A DNA stretch of 64,000 nucleotides from Coleofasciculus sp. B1-GNL1-01 (GTDB taxonomy: Bacteria > Cyanobacteriota > Cyanobacteriia > Cyanobacteriales > Coleofasciculaceae): the NCBI GenBank assembly GCA_040220235.1, contig JAVJTO010000031.1; one strand, written 5' to 3'. Shown here piece after piece: positions 62,601 through 64,000 of this stretch. The stretch's first letter is position 1. Each line of letters begins with the position of its first letter. The translations under genes and the position numbers were made by a program. The notes under the pieces were generated by a model, which worked only from the letters and a program-made list of their open reading frames with translations, ran no database searches and had not been told where the DNA came from.

Positions 62601-63725
62601 ATGTTGACCGAACAAGCGCAATCCTTTGGTATACAAGTAGAAGCTACCGCCTCAACCACAGAAGCTTTAGGATGGTTAGACCAGGGAAAACGCTTTGATT
62701 TAGCGATTTTGGCATCCCAGATTCTCCAGATGGAGAATTGGGGTTTAATTACCCAAATTCGTCAGCATCCCCATTGCCAAAACTTACCCATAATCATGTT
62801 AGGATTGATCGGGCAAGTCGAGACACAGCCTGACACAGGATTGCCAAACCCCAGTCTGGCGATCGCCGGATATTTGCATAAACCGATTAAACAGTCCCAG
62901 TTGTACAATATCTTGGTCAATATCCTGACTCAGGAGGTAAGTTTACCCAGAAAGACTCGTTCCCATTCATCCAAATATGACCCCACCTTTGCCCACAGAT
63001 TCCCCTTGAAAATTCTCTTAGCGGAAGACAATGTGGTGAACCAAAAAGTGGCGGTTAATATGCTGAAGCGGTTGGGATATCGACCCGATAGTGTTGCCAA
63101 TGGGTTAGAAGTCTTACAAGCGTTACACCGTCAATCCTACGATGTGGTACTCATGGATATCCAGATGCCAGAAATGGATGGATTAACCGCAACACAACAG
63201 ATTTGTCAGGAATTTTCAGGATCTGCCCGTCCTCGGATTATCGCCATGACAGCCAATGCCATGCAAGGCGATCGCGAAGAATGTTTGGCGGCGGGAATGG
63301 ATGATTATATGAGTAAGCCTATTCATGTTGATGTTTTAAAACAGGTCTTGAGTCAATGTCAACCTCCGACAATGAAGCAGCCTACGAAACAGCCCGTTCT
63401 TGATCCAGGAGTGATGCAAACCTTGCAAGAAATGGCAGGAGATGAACTCAGCGAAGTTATTAATTGTTACTTACAAGAAGCGCCGGAATTGTTAGAATCC
63501 ATACATGATGCCGTTAAGCAAAAAAATACTGAGTTGCTGTATCATAAAGCACACAGTCTCAAATCCAGCAGTCAGGCATTAGGAGTTTTCAAACTTGCCC
63601 AGCTTTGTCAACAATTAGAAGCCCTGGGACGGGCGGGTACAATAGGCGAAGCGGAACAGTTAGTCTTACAGGCAATTACGGAGTATCAACAGGTGAAGCA
63701 GGCGCTTGAGTGTGAAAGTCAGTAG
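59646..63725 (+). CDS. membrane hybrid sensor histidine kinase (TM, Cache, HAMP, PAS, HisKA, HATPase, two REC, Hpt)
   Basis: SHEIRTPMN, DTGIG, GGTGLGL, LMDIQMPEMDG and AHSLKSSS motifs. Confidence 0.96.
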   Translation: MKFPFHFIKGFSALFKRVNLLLIALIGTGYLGNYFSLSLFFGVDFLFGSIAVLMVVYFYGIFWGTLAAFIASSYTYTLWGHPYAILVFTGEALFISLLLHRKTENMLLLAGIYWVLIGMPLVGLFYGGVLNVGATQTWLIILKQSVNSIFNALVATLIVTNLPLQNWLTIRHQSNRLSLQQTVFNLFVAFVLFPVLILTVFNGRQILNTIESDIRTELNATSASLAANLNFWYQQHLHAVEEIAEIAAQSPEQPSDFLQQSTELIKRSFADFIKAYVTDTNGTIIAAQPPFNPDGESIIGLNIAKHSLLEETAASLKPILSDVHIDDAYPLPHVGLSVPVIVNNRFRGIAYGSLDLSHIQEFLKLNIQERGLQITLVDHQNNLIASTQSNVSIMEPFDPRQGGEIRAIDADIFQWLPQDPGTPIMVRWRNSFHIQEVSLDPDLPWTLILKIPTAPYIDNLEVLYLQNLATTLLIMVLALLVSVLLSHRLVKPLFKLAQVTTNLPQKLLDNTVPVDWSQSRVREIHSLVSNFQLMASVLTQKFQEIKQAKETLEERVQERTQKLSLINDELAIEIKERKRIESLLREREERYELAVSGTNDGIWDWDILTNEVYYSPVWMRILGYEENPLPNRLSSWSDHVYPDDLHQVIEDINHHLAGETKIYENIHRIKHRDGHYLWIAAKGRCIRDRDGNPYRLVGTITDITEKKIAQEQLKVAKEEAETANRTKSDFLAMMSHEIRTPMNAVIGMTSLLLDTKLTAQQGDFVDVIRNSSDALLTIINDILDFSKIESGNLTLEEHPFNLRSCIEESLDLLSSKAREKGIELAYLMDAQTPEMIRGDVTRLRQILVNLGSNAVKFTETGEVVISVTSTAEMPDDQIGLQFAVRDTGIGISPTQMDRLFKPFSQVDASTTRQYGGTGLGLAISQRLSELMGGRMWVESQEGVGSTFYFTAIATPVSSDSEPDNREQVLTDKRLLIVEDNPATRQMLTEQAQSFGIQVEATASTTEALGWLDQGKRFDLAILASQILQMENWGLITQIRQHPHCQNLPIIMLGLIGQVETQPDTGLPNPSLAIAGYLHKPIKQSQLYNILVNILTQEVSLPRKTRSHSSKYDPTFAHRFPLKILLAEDNVVNQKVAVNMLKRLGYRPDSVANGLEVLQALHRQSYDVVLMDIQMPEMDGLTATQQICQEFSGSARPRIIAMTANAMQGDREECLAAGMDDYMSKPIHVDVLKQVLSQCQPPTMKQPTKQPVLDPGVMQTLQEMAGDELSEVINCYLQEAPELLESIHDAVKQKNTELLYHKAHSLKSSSQALGVFKLAQLCQQLEALGRAGTIGEAEQLVLQAITEYQQVKQALECESQ

Positions 63726-63865
63726 AGTGCAAGTGCAGTTAGGCTTCGCTCTTGTGACCCGACGTTGTAAACTTTTTGAGAAGTCGGTTAGCCACTTCCC
63801 TATCTGTTTCAACCTTCTGCTGTCTGCCCTCTGACTTGTGTTTAAAAAAATCGATAAATATCTGT

Positions 63866-63998
63866 TCAGTCGCCACCCTCAACCCCGCTTGCAAGGCGCT
63901 TGGAATTGCGCCCAAGTCGGATTTTTTATCTTTCCCTGGTTTCCTGCTTTGGGGGCTGTGGGTGTGGGTTTTGCCTTACTCGGAACCTGGTGGCAAGA
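63866..63998 (-). CDS. possible 3' end of a CDS entering from the right edge
   Basis: Open frame ...PTPTAPKAGNQGKIKIRLGRNSKRLASGVEGGD*. Confidence 0.35.
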
Positions 63999-64000
63999 CT

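Noticed and set aside
63840..64000. Possible structured RNA gene (rnpB/ssrA-like) at the window end
   Set aside because: No diagnostic conserved motifs; better explained as the 3' end of a minus-strand CDS

Overview
Chromosomal segment of a filamentous cyanobacterium. Evidence: psbEFLJ, ycf48, rubA and petF; very frequent HIP1 octamer GCGATCGC; STRR heptamer and nonamer tandem repeats. A Coleofasciculus/Oscillatoriales-like origin is inferred only. Most genes are housekeeping: ftsQ-ftsZ, thiD, glpK, gshB-grxC, ribF, a DAHP synthase, a Trm1-like methyltransferase, a PPIase-HlyB-HlyD type I secretion locus, cysH, hisC, the rubA-ycf48-psbEFLJ cluster, an Fe(III) permease, ridA and a hybrid histidine kinase. 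An accessory patch at about 36.9-44.7 kb holds two toxin-antitoxin pairs, a TerB-domain protein and an HTH cassette. Intergenic DNA is crowded with REP-like palindromes, MITE-like elements and small dispersed repeats. The strongest finding lies upstream of a short DAHP synthase that lacks a regulatory domain: two tandem ribosome-dependent attenuators on the minus strand (29281-29543). Each has an unannotated Phe/Tyr/Trp-rich leader peptide (MLNCNNYFYFWFTEVHRR and MTTYLNHWFTLFYFFWFGSSSG), an intrinsic terminator and a competing antiterminator pairing. Other notable items are two stand-alone polymorphic-toxin-like/immunity-like pairs (one frameshifted), an IS200/IS605 (tnpB-end) remnant inside the ycf48-psbE operon, an NtcA box upstream of DUF4278/PirA-like genes, and nested repeat elements. 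All family assignments come from reading motifs by eye; no database searches or folding programs were run.
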